Shown here: positions 7,893 through 17,962 of the stretch, in pieces | Layout of the letters: every line of letters starts with the position of its first letter | Numbering within the stretch: the stretch's first letter is position 1 | Origin: Mycolicibacterium smegmatis | GTDB lineage: Bacteria; Actinomycetota; Actinomycetes; Mycobacteriales; Mycobacteriaceae | Direction of reading: 5' to 3' | NCBI RefSeq assembly: GCF_001457595.1 | Contig: NZ_LN831039.1 | Span: 2,490,001 to 2,522,000, forward strand | DNA: 32,000 nucleotides | Made by a program: the position numbers and the translations under genes | The notes under the pieces: model-generated | What the model saw: the letters and a program-made list of their open reading frames with translations, nothing else | What the model was told of the DNA's origin: nothing | Database searches by the model: none

Positions 7893-9433
7893 CGCGGGAG
7901 CCGCCTCGCGTCGAGTGCCCCGAAGAGGCCGTCGGCCTTGTTCCAGCCGTCGGCCAGACGCTCGGCCTGTTCGCGGCGCCCGGCGGCCAGCGCGTCGGAG
8001 ATCTCCCGCGTGGCGTGTGCGTGCAGGTGGGCCCGGTAGCGCGCGTACTCGGCGGCCGAATCCTTGCTCACCATGAACGGCCAGTCGCTGGAGACCGTCA
8101 GCAAGGTCTCGCGCAGGATCTGATCGGCGACGCGGTCGCGCGTGACGGGTGAGCCCACCGTGGCGTGCTGGGTCAGGGCCTTGTCGACGGTGGCCAGCGC
8201 GTTGTCGACGACCTCGCTGTTGAGCTGCACCAGATCGGCCACCTTCTGCCCCGACCACACCTGCCAGTCCTTGCCGGAACCCCATGAGCTGGGCGGCAAT
8301 TCGACGGGTGTGCCGACGAATCCGTCCGCGGCGGCATCCGCGAGCGTGCCGACGCGCACACCGGCCCGCGGCAGTGCCCGCAGCACGCGTTCGAGCCACA
8401 CCGGGCCCTCGTGCCACCAGTGGCCGAACAGTTCGGTGTCGAACGCCGCGACCACGTGCGCCGGGCGGCCGATGCGTTGGCTCTCGTCGAGCAGACGCCT
8501 GCGCACGACCTCGACGAAGTCGGCGACATGGACGTCGACGGCACGGTCGGCGCGCTCGGGTTCGTAGGGCGCCTTCTGCTCCGACGGCACGTTGCGCCCT
8601 GTCACACGGGCGGGTTTGAGGCCCGTGGTGTGGTCGTAGGTGTGGAAGTCGCGGTACGCGCCGTGGCCGGGATATCCCGACTTGGGCGACCACACGCGGT
8701 AGGACACCTGCAGATCGCGGCCGAACGCGATGACGTCGGACTCACCGACCGGGCGCCCGAGCGCGGTGTCGCCGTGCAGTGACGGGCCGTCGACCATGAA
8801 GTGCCCGACACCCGCTGCGCCGTAACCGGTTTCCATGCCGGGGGCATAGGCACACTCCGGCGCCCAGATCCCGGTGGGGGTGTGGGCGAACCGGTGCTGC
8901 GCGTCGGCCAGGCCCTCGCGCAACGCGAACTCGCGCAGGCGGGGATTGAGCAGCGGCTGGAACGGGTGCGACAACGGGCCGCCGAGCAGTTCGATGGTCT
9001 CGGCATCGATCAGTTCGCGCAGCAGCGGGCTCGCGCCGTGGCGCCAGTGCGTGGTGAAATCCTCCATGGCCTCCGCGGCCAGCGACAGTTCGTGGGATCC
9101 GAACTCGCGCAGACCTTTACGGTCGCGCAGCGTGGTGGCCTCCAGCGCGCGCAGCTGCCAGTTGGCCAGCCAGTGGTGCATGCCGGTCAGGCAGTAGGGA
9201 TCGTCGAGTTGCGCGGTGACCACCGGCGTCATGCCGAGGCTGATCAGATGGGAACGGCCCTCGGCGGCCAGCGTGCGCAGCACCCGCACCAGTGGCAGAT
9301 ACGCCGCGGCCCAGGACTGGTACAGCCATTCCTCGCCGACGGGCCAGCGGCCGTGGTGGGCCAGCCAGGGCAGGTGGGTGTGCAGGACGAGGGTGAAAAG
9401 TCCCGGTACCGGTTCTGCGCTCGCGTCCGTCAT
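7889..9433 (-). CDS. Glycoside hydrolase family 57 protein, 1,4-alpha-glucan branching enzyme-like (resembles Rv3031)
   Basis: N-terminal FTLVLHTHLPWLAHHGRWPVGEEWLYQSW, GIWAPECAYAPGME, FDTELFGHWWHEGPVWL: GH57 conserved regions. Confidence 0.93.
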   Translation of the reverse strand: MTDASAEPVPGLFTLVLHTHLPWLAHHGRWPVGEEWLYQSWAAAYLPLVRVLRTLAAEGRSHLISLGMTPVVTAQLDDPYCLTGMHHWLANWQLRALEATTLRDRKGLREFGSHELSLAAEAMEDFTTHWRHGASPLLRELIDAETIELLGGPLSHPFQPLLNPRLREFALREGLADAQHRFAHTPTGIWAPECAYAPGMETGYGAAGVGHFMVDGPSLHGDTALGRPVGESDVIAFGRDLQVSYRVWSPKSGYPGHGAYRDFHTYDHTTGLKPARVTGRNVPSEQKAPYEPERADRAVDVHVADFVEVVRRRLLDESQRIGRPAHVVAAFDTELFGHWWHEGPVWLERVLRALPRAGVRVGTLADAAADGFVGTPVELPPSSWGSGKDWQVWSGQKVADLVQLNSEVVDNALATVDKALTQHATVGSPVTRDRVADQILRETLLTVSSDWPFMVSKDSAAEYARYRAHLHAHATREISDALAAGRREQAERLADGWNKADGLFGALDARRLPR

Positions 9434-10215
9434 GGCCGCACTGCTATCGCCACGAGGTCCAGGCTGTCATCAATGTCGCGCTCGGCGGCCGGGGTGAGGT
9501 CGAAGTCGTCGGTACGCACGGCCGCGACATCGGCGAGCAGTTGCTCGTCCCACGGGGCGTCGGCCACCGCGCGCTGCACCTGCGCCTCGATGATCGATCC
9601 GCCGTGGCGCGCGTCGAGTTCGGCCAGTCCGGCGCCGTGGAACACGCCGAGGGTGTCCTCGACCTCGAAGCCTGCCGTTTCGAGCAGCTCGGTGAGTTCG
9701 GCGGCGTTGAGTTCGCGCGTGTGGAACGGGTTGAGCGGGGTGTCGCGACCGGGGGAGAACGTGATCCGGTTGGGCGTCGACACCAGGAACACCCCGCCGG
9801 GACGCAGCACGCGGAAGCATTCCGAGACGAATTGCGCCTGATCCCACAGGTGTTCGATCACCTGGAAGTTGACCACGACGTCGACCGAGGCGTCCGGCAG
9901 CGGCAACTCCGCGAGGTTGCCGTGACGGATGTCGACGCGCGGGTACCGGGCCCGCACATGGGCCACCGTCGCCTCGTCGTAGTCCAGGCCGATGACACGG
10001 CGGGCCACGTCGGCGATCAGGTCGGCGCCGTAACCCTCGCCGCAGCCGGCCTCCAGGACGTCGCGCCCGGCGCAGCGGTGGGCCAGTCGCTGGTAGACGA
10101 CCTCGTGGCGGCGGAACCAGTAGTTCTCCTCCGCCAGGCCCGGGATGGTCCGCTCGCCGGTGAGGGGTAAAGCCGAAGGAAGGGCGTTATCCGGATCGCC
10201 CACGATTGCGCTCAT
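9430..10215 (-). CDS. SAM-dependent methyltransferase (resembles Rv3030)
   Basis: Class I MTase motifs: VLEAGCGEGYGADLIADVARRVIGLDYD, VDVVVNFQVIEHLWDQ, RVLRPGGVFLVSTPN. Confidence 0.93.
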   Translation of the reverse strand: MSAIVGDPDNALPSALPLTGERTIPGLAEENYWFRRHEVVYQRLAHRCAGRDVLEAGCGEGYGADLIADVARRVIGLDYDEATVAHVRARYPRVDIRHGNLAELPLPDASVDVVVNFQVIEHLWDQAQFVSECFRVLRPGGVFLVSTPNRITFSPGRDTPLNPFHTRELNAAELTELLETAGFEVEDTLGVFHGAGLAELDARHGGSIIEAQVQRAVADAPWDEQLLADVAAVRTDDFDLTPAAERDIDDSLDLVAIAVRP

Positions 10216-10223
10216 TGGAAGGC

Positions 10224-10229
10224 AGGCTA
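10224..10229 (-). promoter_or_regulatory. Predicted -10 box (TAGCCT), 8 nt before the methyltransferase ATG at 10215
   Basis: Minus strand TTAGCCT-GCCTTCCA-ATG; TANNNT hexamer at leaderless spacing. Confidence 0.5.
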
Positions 10230-10431
10230 ACCCAGCCGGGGCGATGGTGGATCGTTCGCCGACAGTTACCGCAGGCGGCGGTGTGGTAGGGGAGGTCGCC
10301 AGTGAACTTCGACCGGCTATGGTGTTCGTGCGAACCGCCTCAAGTTACCGGCGGGTAACATGGTGTAGGTTGCTCAGAACGTGATATGGCAGGCCGGTCC
10401 CCGGCCTCATCGAGGAGGACGAACCAGAGTC

Positions 10432-11223
10432 ATGACGAACATCGTGGTCCTGATCAAACAGGTCCCAGACACATGGTCCGAGCGCAAGCTCTCTGACGGC
10501 GATTTCACCCTCGACCGTGAGGCTGCGGACGCCGTGCTGGACGAGATCAACGAGCGTGCCGTCGAAGAGGCACTGCTCATCAAGGAGCGTGAGGGCGGCG
10601 ACAGCACTGTCACCGTGCTGACCGCAGGCCCGGAGCGCGCCACCGAGGCGATCCGCAAGGCCCTGTCCATGGGTGCGGACAAGGCTGTGCACGTCAAGGA
10701 CGACGGCCTGCACGGTTCCGACCTCATCCAGACGGCGTGGACGCTGGCCCGTGCGCTCGGCACCATCGAGGGCACCGAGCTGGTCATCGCAGGCAACGAG
10801 GCCACCGACGGCGTCGGCGGCGCGGTTCCCGCGGTCATCGCCGAGTACCTGGGCCTGCCCCAGCTCACCCACGTGCGCAAGCTGAACGTGGAGAACGGCA
10901 AGGTCACCGCCGAGCGGGAGACCGACGAGGGCGTGTTCACCCTCGAGGCGTCGCTGCCTGCCGTGGTCAGCGTCAACGAGAAGATCAACGAACCGCGATT
11001 CCCCTCCTTCAAGGGCATCATGGCCGCGAAGAAGAAGGAAGTCACCGTGCTCTCGCTCGCCGAGATCGGTGTCGAGCCTGACGAGGTCGGCGTCGCCAAC
11101 GCGGGCTCCAAGGTGCTCGCGTCGACCCCCAAGCCGCCGAAGACGGCAGGCGAGAAGGTCACCGACGAAGGCGACGGCGGAACCAAGATCGCCGAGTACC
11201 TGGTTGCCCAGAAGCTCATCTAG
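10432..11223 (+). CDS. etfB: Electron transfer flavoprotein beta subunit
   Basis: MTNIVVLIKQVPDTWSERKLSDGDFTLDREAADAVLDEINERAVEEAL; GAGGAGG upstream of ATG. Confidence 0.95.
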   Translation: MTNIVVLIKQVPDTWSERKLSDGDFTLDREAADAVLDEINERAVEEALLIKEREGGDSTVTVLTAGPERATEAIRKALSMGADKAVHVKDDGLHGSDLIQTAWTLARALGTIEGTELVIAGNEATDGVGGAVPAVIAEYLGLPQLTHVRKLNVENGKVTAERETDEGVFTLEASLPAVVSVNEKINEPRFPSFKGIMAAKKKEVTVLSLAEIGVEPDEVGVANAGSKVLASTPKPPKTAGEKVTDEGDGGTKIAEYLVAQKLI

Positions 11224-11290
11224 AGCCACCCGGCAGCGCAATCCGCATCCCGATCGATTCCCCAAGACGCGAAAGACATAGCGAGAACCC

Positions 11291-12247
11291 ATGGCTGAAG
11301 TACTTGTGCTCGTCGAGCACGCCGATGGTGCGCTGAAGAAAGTCAGCGCCGAACTTTTGACCGCCGCCCGTGCACTGGGTGAGCCCTCCGCCGTCGTGGT
11401 GGGCAAGCCCGGCACGGCCGCAGGTCTCACCGACGGCCTCAAGGCCGCCGGTGCCGCCAAGATCTACGTCGCCGAGTCCGACGACGTGGAGAACTACCTG
11501 CTCACCCCGTACGTCGACGTGCTGGCCGCACTCGCCGAGTCGGCCGCCCCGGCCGGTGTGATCATCGCCGCCAACGCCGACGGCAAGGAGATCGCGGGCC
11601 GGTTGGCCGCGCGTATCGGCTCCGGCCTGCTGGTCGACGTCATCGAGGTCAAGGAAGGCGGCGTGGGTGTGCACAGCATCTTCGGTGGTGCCTTCACCGT
11701 CGATGCGCAGGTCACCAGCGAGACCCCGGTCATCACGGTCCGTCCGGGCTCGGTCGAGGCCGTCCCGGCCGACGGTGCGGGCGAGGTCGTCAACGTGGAG
11801 GTCCCGGCGCAGGCCGAGAACGCCACCCGGATCACCAAGCGCGAGCCCGCCGTCGCCGGTGACCGTCCGGAGCTCACCGAGGCCTCGGTCGTGGTCGCCG
11901 GTGGCCGCGGTGTCGGCAGCGCCGAGAACTTCAAGATCGTCGAGGAACTCGCCGACTCGCTCGGCGGCGCCGTCGGCGCCTCGCGCGCCGCGGTCGACTC
12001 GGGCTACTACCCGGGCCAGTTCCAGGTCGGCCAGACCGGCAAGACCGTCTCCCCGCAGCTGTACATCGCGCTGGGCATCTCCGGCGCGATCCAGCACCGC
12101 GCCGGTATGCAGACCTCGAAGACGATCGTCGCGGTGAACAAGGACGAAGAGGCCCCGATCTTCGAGATCGCCGACCTCGGCATCGTGGGCGACCTGTTCA
12201 AGGTCAGCCCGCAGCTCACCGAGGCCGTCAAGGCTCGCAAGGGCTGA
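11291..12247 (+). CDS. etfA: Electron transfer flavoprotein alpha subunit
   Basis: [13 protein letters not shown]... and ETF-alpha FAD-binding signature [46 protein letters not shown]. Confidence 0.96.
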   Translation: MAEVLVLVEHADGALKKVSAELLTAARALGEPSAVVVGKPGTAAGLTDGLKAAGAAKIYVAESDDVENYLLTPYVDVLAALAESAAPAGVIIAANADGKEIAGRLAARIGSGLLVDVIEVKEGGVGVHSIFGGAFTVDAQVTSETPVITVRPGSVEAVPADGAGEVVNVEVPAQAENATRITKREPAVAGDRPELTEASVVVAGGRGVGSAENFKIVEELADSLGGAVGASRAAVDSGYYPGQFQVGQTGKTVSPQLYIALGISGAIQHRAGMQTSKTIVAVNKDEEAPIFEIADLGIVGDLFKVSPQLTEAVKARKG

Positions 12248-12264
12248 TCACCTCATCACGCGGA

Positions 12265-12302
12265 CCCCGGCGCACCTGGTGCGCCGGGGTTCTGTGTTTT
12301 TT
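12265..12302 (+). terminator. Strong intrinsic terminator after etfA
   Basis: CCCCGGCGCACC-T-GGTGCGCCGGGG perfect inverted repeat followed by TTCTGTGTTTTTT. Confidence 0.92.
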
Positions 12303-12411
12303 GCCGGACCCCTTCGATTTCAAGGACCACGAACTTTCCGGGGTTCCCGCGCGGCCCGGCGGTGCCAGTGTGGACACAGGTCACAACACTGCCGAGGAGG
12401 TAGACGGAGCC

Positions 12412-13155
12412 ATGAAGATCACAGTTTTCGGTGCCACGGGCCTGATCGGGTCGAAGGTCGTCGCAGCGCTCAACGAGGCGGGCCACGACGTCGTCGCCGC
12501 GTCCCGCGACACGGGTGCCGATGTCCTCACCGGTGAGGGGCTCGCCGACGCGCTCACAGGAGCCGAGGTGCTGGTCGACGTCGTCAACTCACCGTCGTTC
12601 GCCGACGACGACGTCATGAACTTCTTCACCACCTCGACCCGCAACCTGACCGAGGCGGCCACCAAGACCGGCACCGGCCACTACGTCGCGCTGTCCATCG
12701 TCGGATGTGACGCGCTGCCCGACAGCGGCTACATGCGCGCCAAGGTGGCCCAGGAGAAGGCGATCGCCGCCTCCGGCATCGACCACACGATCGTGCGCGC
12801 CACCCAGTTCCACGAGTTCGCCGAGTCCATCACGCAGACGCTGGTCGCCGGCGACGAGGTGCGGGTTCCCGACGGGCGCATCCAGCTGATCGCCTCCGAT
12901 GAGGTGGCCGCCGAGGTGGCGCGCGCCGCGCAGGCCGCCGCCGTCAACGGCATCGTGAACATCGGTGGGCCGGAGAAGCTTTCATTCGCCGACATGGCCA
13001 AGGCCGTGCTGGCCAAGCACGGCGACGACAAACCCGTCGTGGTGGACGCTCAGGCCACCTACTTCGGCACCGCGGTCGACGACGACAGCCTGGTCACGGG
13101 CGACGACGGCAAGCTCGCGACCATTCGCTTCGCCGACTGGCTCGCGGGGCGCTGA
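12412..13155 (+). CDS. NAD(P)-binding / NmrA-like atypical SDR protein
   Basis: MKITVFGATGLIGSKVVAALNEAGHDVVAASRDTG (GxxGxxG); GAGGAGG 14 nt upstream. Confidence 0.85.
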   Translation: MKITVFGATGLIGSKVVAALNEAGHDVVAASRDTGADVLTGEGLADALTGAEVLVDVVNSPSFADDDVMNFFTTSTRNLTEAATKTGTGHYVALSIVGCDALPDSGYMRAKVAQEKAIAASGIDHTIVRATQFHEFAESITQTLVAGDEVRVPDGRIQLIASDEVAAEVARAAQAAAVNGIVNIGGPEKLSFADMAKAVLAKHGDDKPVVVDAQATYFGTAVDDDSLVTGDDGKLATIRFADWLAGR

Positions 13156-13156
13156 C

Positions 13157-13816
13157 ATGGAACTCGCCGAGGCGGTCCGAGCCCGGCGGTCCACCCGGAA
13201 GTTCCTGCCGGACAAGCCCGTGCCGCACGAGCTGATCGAGGAGGCGCTCACGCTGGCGATGCGGGCGCCGTCGAACTCGAACGTGCAGCCGTGGCGGGTC
13301 TACTTCGCCAGTGGTGAACGCCGCGAACGCCTGGTCGCGGCGCTCACCGCCGAGGTGCGGGCCCGGCGGCCCACGTCGCTTGGCCTGCCCGACGCATTCC
13401 AGCATCTGCGCTCCCAGCTGGGCGCACTGGTGTACGGGTCGATGGGGATCGCCCGTGCCGACACCGAGGCGCGGTGGGCCGCGCAGCTGCGCAACTGGGA
13501 GTTCTTCGGCGCACCGTTGGCCGGTGTGGTGTGCATGCACCGCGACCTCGGCCTGGTCGACAGCGTCGGGGTGGGCATGTTCCTGCAGACGTTCCTGCAG
13601 ACGTTCCTGCTGGCGCTCACCGAGCGGGGCATCGGCAGTTGCGTGCAGGTGTCGGTCGCGATGTGCGCCGATGTGCTGCGGGCCGAACTCGACATCCCCG
13701 ACGAGCTGACGGTGCTGTGCGGAATGTCGATCGGCTACCCCGATCCGGCCTTCCCGGCGAACCATCTGGACATCCCGCGCAACCCCGTCGAGCAAAACGT
13801 CACGTTCTACAGCTGA
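13157..13816 (+). CDS. Nitroreductase family protein
   Basis: MELAEAVRARRSTRKFLPDKPVPHELIEEALTLAMRAPSNSNVQPWRVYF; GMSIGYPDPAFPANHL. Confidence 0.9.
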   Translation: MELAEAVRARRSTRKFLPDKPVPHELIEEALTLAMRAPSNSNVQPWRVYFASGERRERLVAALTAEVRARRPTSLGLPDAFQHLRSQLGALVYGSMGIARADTEARWAAQLRNWEFFGAPLAGVVCMHRDLGLVDSVGVGMFLQTFLQTFLLALTERGIGSCVQVSVAMCADVLRAELDIPDELTVLCGMSIGYPDPAFPANHLDIPRNPVEQNVTFYS

Positions 13817-13938
13817 CGCGCCGAAGTGACGAATTTCACACTGCACGTGGGGTGAGTGGAGACGCCCGCCGAGTCGTCACCAACCGCTCACGGACACGTC
13901 ACGTACGCGATGCCGTCCCGAGAACCGGCTGAGCGAGC

Positions 13939-14787
13939 GTGCTTGTCATGAGCATGAGAGCGGCATCTGTCCTCATCGCGGCCGACGAGGCCACCACACG
14001 TCCCGACCGCGGGGCAAAGCGCTACACGCTTCTGCTGACCACCGACCCCGACCTCATCGACGCCGCGCAGCGGTTGCGTCACGACGTGTTCACGTCCGAG
14101 CCGGGCTACGCGTTGGCCGGGTCCGCCGACGGCCGAGACGCGGACCACTTCGACGAATACTGCGACCACCTCCTGGTTCGCGACGAGCGCAGCGGCGAAC
14201 TTGTGGGCTGCTACCGCATGCTGCCGCCGCCGGGCGCGATCGCCGCGGGCGGGCTGTACACGGCGACCGAATTCGACGTCACCGCACTGGATGTCCTGCG
14301 CCCCTCGCTGGTGGAGATGGGCCGCGCCGTGGTGCGGCAGGACCACCGCAACGGCGCGGTGGTGCTGCTGATGTGGGCGGGCATCCTCGCCTACCTCGAC
14401 TACGCGGGCTACGACCACGTGACGGGTTGCGTCTCGGTGCCGGTGGCCGGTGCGGCTGGCGAGGCACCTGGCGCCCAGATCCGCGGCGTCCGCGACTTCG
14501 TGCGGCGCCGCCATGCCGCGCCGTACACCGTCCACCCGTACCGGCCCGTGGTGCTCGACGGCAGGACCCTCGATGACATCGCCCCGCCGGAGCGCGTCAC
14601 CGTGCCCGCGCTGATGCGCGGCTACCTGCGCCTCGGCGCCCAGGTGTGCGGCGAGCCCGCCCACGATCCGGTGTTCGGCGTCGGCGACTTTCCCGCGCTG
14701 CTCGACAAGCGGCGGGCCGACGTCCGTTACCTGCGACGCCTGCGCTCGGCCTCCGCTGCCGCCCACATGACGGGCGGGGCGGCATGA
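13939..14787 (+). CDS. GNAT-fold N-acyltransferase, OlsB-like (resembles Rv3027c)
   Basis: AQRLRHDVFTSEPGYAL...DHFDEYCDHLLVRDERSGELVGCYRMLPP matches the OlsB/hemolysin-like acyltransferase pattern. Start ambiguous: GTG 13939, ATG 13948 or ATG 13954. Confidence 0.75.
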   Translation: MLVMSMRAASVLIAADEATTRPDRGAKRYTLLLTTDPDLIDAAQRLRHDVFTSEPGYALAGSADGRDADHFDEYCDHLLVRDERSGELVGCYRMLPPPGAIAAGGLYTATEFDVTALDVLRPSLVEMGRAVVRQDHRNGAVVLLMWAGILAYLDYAGYDHVTGCVSVPVAGAAGEAPGAQIRGVRDFVRRRHAAPYTVHPYRPVVLDGRTLDDIAPPERVTVPALMRGYLRLGAQVCGEPAHDPVFGVGDFPALLDKRRADVRYLRRLRSASAAAHMTGGAA

Positions 14788-15614
14788 CCACGCGCGAGCA
14801 CCCCTGGCTGCCCAAGGCGTCGTGCGACGCCGGCTGCGTGCACAGCGTCGAGCAGGGACGGCGCGTGATCGTCTGGCTGCGCACCGCGGCGCGCCTGTCG
14901 GCGGCCCTGGTGCTGCTGCCCGGCATGCCGCTGCTCGCGGTTCCGCTGCCGGGCCGCTCACACGTGCAGCGCATCTACTGCCGGCTGCTGCTGCGTTGCC
15001 TTGGAGTGCGGATTCGCTTGTCAGGCGGGCCGATTCGCAATCTGCAGGGCGTCCTGGTGGTCAGCGGACACGTGTCGTGGCTCGACATCTTCGCCATCGG
15101 CTCGGTGTTGCCGGGCTCGTTCGTGGCCCGCGCCGACCTCGTCGAATGGACCGCGCTGGGGCGAGTGGCCCGTCTCATGAAGGTCATCCCCATCGACCGC
15201 GCGAGCCTGCGCAGGCTGCCCGCGGTGGTCGCCACGGTGGCCGACCGTCTGCGCGCCGGGCGCACCGTGGTGGCCTTCCCGGAGGGCACCACGTGGTGCG
15301 GGCTCGCACACGGGCCGTTCCGTCCCGCGATGTTCCAGGCGGCCGTCGACGCGGCCCGCCCGGTGCAGCCGCTGCGGCTGACCTACCGGCACCGCGACGG
15401 CCGCCCGTCGACCACGCCCGCGTTCGTCGGGCAGGACACGCTGCTGCGGTCGGTGTGCCGCGTCGTCACCGCACGTCGCACGGTGTGCCACGTGCACGCC
15501 GGCGCGCTGCAACTGCCCGGTGACGACCGGCGCGCGCTCGCGGCGCGCTGCGAGGCCGAGGTGCGCGGCGAGCACGAGCGGCGCGATGCGCGCACGCACG
15601 CCATCGCGGCCTGA
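14784..15614 (+). CDS. PlsC-family 1-acylglycerol-3-phosphate / lyso-lipid acyltransferase
   Basis: HX4D motif ([10 protein letters not shown]) and FPEGTTW motif; ATGA overlap with the preceding GNAT gene. Confidence 0.88.
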   Translation: MTTREHPWLPKASCDAGCVHSVEQGRRVIVWLRTAARLSAALVLLPGMPLLAVPLPGRSHVQRIYCRLLLRCLGVRIRLSGGPIRNLQGVLVVSGHVSWLDIFAIGSVLPGSFVARADLVEWTALGRVARLMKVIPIDRASLRRLPAVVATVADRLRAGRTVVAFPEGTTWCGLAHGPFRPAMFQAAVDAARPVQPLRLTYRHRDGRPSTTPAFVGQDTLLRSVCRVVTARRTVCHVHAGALQLPGDDRRALAARCEAEVRGEHERRDARTHAIAA

Positions 15615-15646
15615 CCGGCCGATCCGTCAGGCCCGCGAACTGCGGC

Positions 15647-15652
15647 TATCCT
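15647..15652 (+). promoter_or_regulatory. Possible -10 box (TATCCT) upstream of iscS
   Basis: TATCCT, 9 nt before ATG 15662; compatible with a very short or absent 5' UTR. Confidence 0.35.
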
Positions 15653-15655
15653 GGT

Positions 15656-16870
15656 GTGGTTATGACCTCCACTGCGGGCAGGCAGGTCTACCTTGATCAC
15701 GCCGCCACCACACCGATGCATCCAGCCGCCATCGAGGCGATGACGGCTGTGCTGGCCGGCGTCGGAAACGCCTCGTCACTGCACGGTTCGGGACGCGCGG
15801 CCCGCCGCCGCATGGAAGAGGCCCGTGAGGCCCTCGCCCGGCTGCTGGGCGCGCGACCGTCCGAGATCATCTTCACCACGGGCGGTACCGAGAGCGACAA
15901 CCTCGCCGTCAAGGGCATCTACTGGGCCCGTCACGACGCCGATCCGGCGCGCAGGCGCATCATCACCACCGCCGTCGAACACCACGCGGTGCTCGACGCG
16001 GTCGAGTGGCTCGTCGCGCACGAGGGCGCCGAGGTCACCTGGCTGCCCGTGGACCGCGACGGTGCGGTGAGCCCGGCCGCGCTACGGGAGGCCCTGCAGG
16101 CGGGGGCCGACGACGTCGCGCTCGTGAGCGTCATGTGGGCCAACAACGAGGTCGGAACGATCATGCCGATCGCCGAGCTCGCGGCCGTCGCCGCGGAGTT
16201 CGGGGTGCCGATGCACAGCGACGCCGTGCAGGCCGTCGGGCAGATCCCGGTAAATTTCGGGGCCAGTGGACTGGCCGCGATGAGCGTCACGGCGCACAAG
16301 TTCGGCGGGCCGACCGGTGTCGGCGCGCTGCTGCTGCGCCGCGACACAGCGTGCGTGCCGTTGCTGCACGGCGGCGGTCAGGAACGCGATGTGCGTTCCG
16401 GCACACCGGATGTGGCCGGTGTGGTGGCCATGGCGACCGCGGCAGGTGTGGCGATCGAGAACCTGGCCGACAACAGCGCCCGGGTGCGTGCGCTGCGTGA
16501 CCGGCTGATCGACGGCGTGCTGTCGGCCATCGAGGACGCGCAGCTCAACGGAGCCCGCGGCGACGCCAGGCTGCCCGGCAACGCCCACTTCACCTTCCAC
16601 GGCTGCGAAGGGGATTCGCTGCTGATGCTGCTCGATGCCAAGGGTGTCGAATGCTCGACGGGCTCGGCGTGCACCGCCGGTGTGGCGCAGGCGTCGCACG
16701 TGCTGATCGCCATGGGTGCCGATGCCGTCAAGGCGCGGGGCTCGTTGCGACTGTCGCTGGGACACACCAGCACCGAGGCCGACGTGGACACCGCGCTCGA
16801 AGTCCTGCCCGCCGCGGTCGAGCGGGCCAGGCAGGCCGCGCTCGCGAGTGCGGGGACGGTGAGCCGATGA
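15656..16870 (+). CDS. iscS: Cysteine desulfurase (NifS/IscS family)
   Basis: [39 protein letters not shown] (PLP lysine), [10 protein letters not shown] (active-site Cys loop). Start GTG 15656 or ATG 15662. Confidence 0.95.
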   Translation: MVMTSTAGRQVYLDHAATTPMHPAAIEAMTAVLAGVGNASSLHGSGRAARRRMEEAREALARLLGARPSEIIFTTGGTESDNLAVKGIYWARHDADPARRRIITTAVEHHAVLDAVEWLVAHEGAEVTWLPVDRDGAVSPAALREALQAGADDVALVSVMWANNEVGTIMPIAELAAVAAEFGVPMHSDAVQAVGQIPVNFGASGLAAMSVTAHKFGGPTGVGALLLRRDTACVPLLHGGGQERDVRSGTPDVAGVVAMATAAGVAIENLADNSARVRALRDRLIDGVLSAIEDAQLNGARGDARLPGNAHFTFHGCEGDSLLMLLDAKGVECSTGSACTAGVAQASHVLIAMGADAVKARGSLRLSLGHTSTEADVDTALEVLPAAVERARQAALASAGTVSR

Positions 16871-17937
16871 GGGTTCTGGTCGCGATGAGCGGCGGTGTCG
16901 ATTCGTCGGTGGCCGCGGCGCGCATGGTCGACGCCGGACACGACGTGGTCGGGGTGCACCTCGCGCTGTCCAGCGCGCCGGGCACGCTGCGCACCGGATC
17001 CCGCGGATGCTGCTCGAAGGAAGACGCCTCCGACGCCCGCCGCGTGGCCGACATCCTCGGAATCCCGTTCTACGTATGGGATTTCGCCGACCGGTTCAAG
17101 GACGACGTGATCGACGACTTCGTCGAGTCCTACGCGCGCGGTGAGACCCCGAACCCGTGCGTGCGGTGCAACGAGCGCATCAAGTTCTCGGCGCTGGCCG
17201 CCAGGGCGCTGGCGCTGGGCTTCGACGCCGTGGCCACCGGGCACTACGCCCGGCTGTCCGACGGGCGGTTGCGCCGTGCCGTCGACGCCGACAAGGACCA
17301 GTCCTACGTGCTGGGCGTGCTGACCGCCGAACAGTTGCGTCACGCGCTGTTCCCCATCGGTGACACCCCCAAGCCGCAGATCCGCGCCGAGGCCGCCGAG
17401 CGCGGCCTGGCCGTCGCCGAAAAGCCCGACAGCCACGACATCTGCTTCATCCCGACCGGCGACACCAAGGCCTTCCTCGGCGCGCATATCGGTGTGCGTC
17501 CCGGTGCGGTGGTCGACGGCAGCGGGACCGTGCTCGCCGAGCACGACGGTGTGCACGGGTTCACGATCGGTCAGCGCAAGGGCCTCGGCATCGCCGGACC
17601 TGGCGCCGACGGGCGCCCGCGCTACGTCACCGCGATCGACGCCGAGACCGGCACGGTGCGCGTCGGGCCTGCCGAGGACCTCGAGGTGTGGGAACTGACC
17701 GGTGAACGGCCGGTGTTCACCAGCGGCGTCGAACCCGGCGGCCCCATCGAGTGCCAGGTGCAGGTGCGCGCGCACGGCGGCATCACCGACACCGTGGCCG
17801 AGTTGCGCGACGGCAAGCTCGAACTGAGCCTGCGGGCACCACTGCGCGGCGTGGCACCGGGACAGACCATGGTGCTCTACCGGCCCGACCCCGACGGTGA
17901 CGAGGTCATCGCGAGCGCGACCATCACGCGTCGATGA
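16867..17937 (+). CDS. mnmA: tRNA-specific 2-thiouridylase
   Basis: [22 protein letters not shown]-loop; [15 protein letters not shown]; [14 protein letters not shown]; ATGA overlap with iscS. Confidence 0.96.
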   Translation: MRVLVAMSGGVDSSVAAARMVDAGHDVVGVHLALSSAPGTLRTGSRGCCSKEDASDARRVADILGIPFYVWDFADRFKDDVIDDFVESYARGETPNPCVRCNERIKFSALAARALALGFDAVATGHYARLSDGRLRRAVDADKDQSYVLGVLTAEQLRHALFPIGDTPKPQIRAEAAERGLAVAEKPDSHDICFIPTGDTKAFLGAHIGVRPGAVVDGSGTVLAEHDGVHGFTIGQRKGLGIAGPGADGRPRYVTAIDAETGTVRVGPAEDLEVWELTGERPVFTSGVEPGGPIECQVQVRAHGGITDTVAELRDGKLELSLRAPLRGVAPGQTMVLYRPDPDGDEVIASATITRR

Positions 17938-17949
17938 GCGTCCGTCGAA

Positions 17950-17955
17950 TATCGT
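17950..17955 (+). promoter_or_regulatory. Predicted -10 box (TATCGT) for a leaderless transcript starting at GTG 17963
   Basis: TATCGT-TCACGCC-GTG, 7-nt spacing, no Shine-Dalgarno. Confidence 0.5.
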
Positions 17956-17962
17956 TCACGCC

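Noticed and set aside
10346-10355. GGGTAA upstream of etfB considered as a SigF -10
   Set aside because: No GTTT at the required 15-17 nt upstream spacing.
16378-17775. 465-aa minus-strand ORF antisense to iscS/mnmA
   Set aside because: No recognisable domain; overlaps two confidently identified genes throughout.
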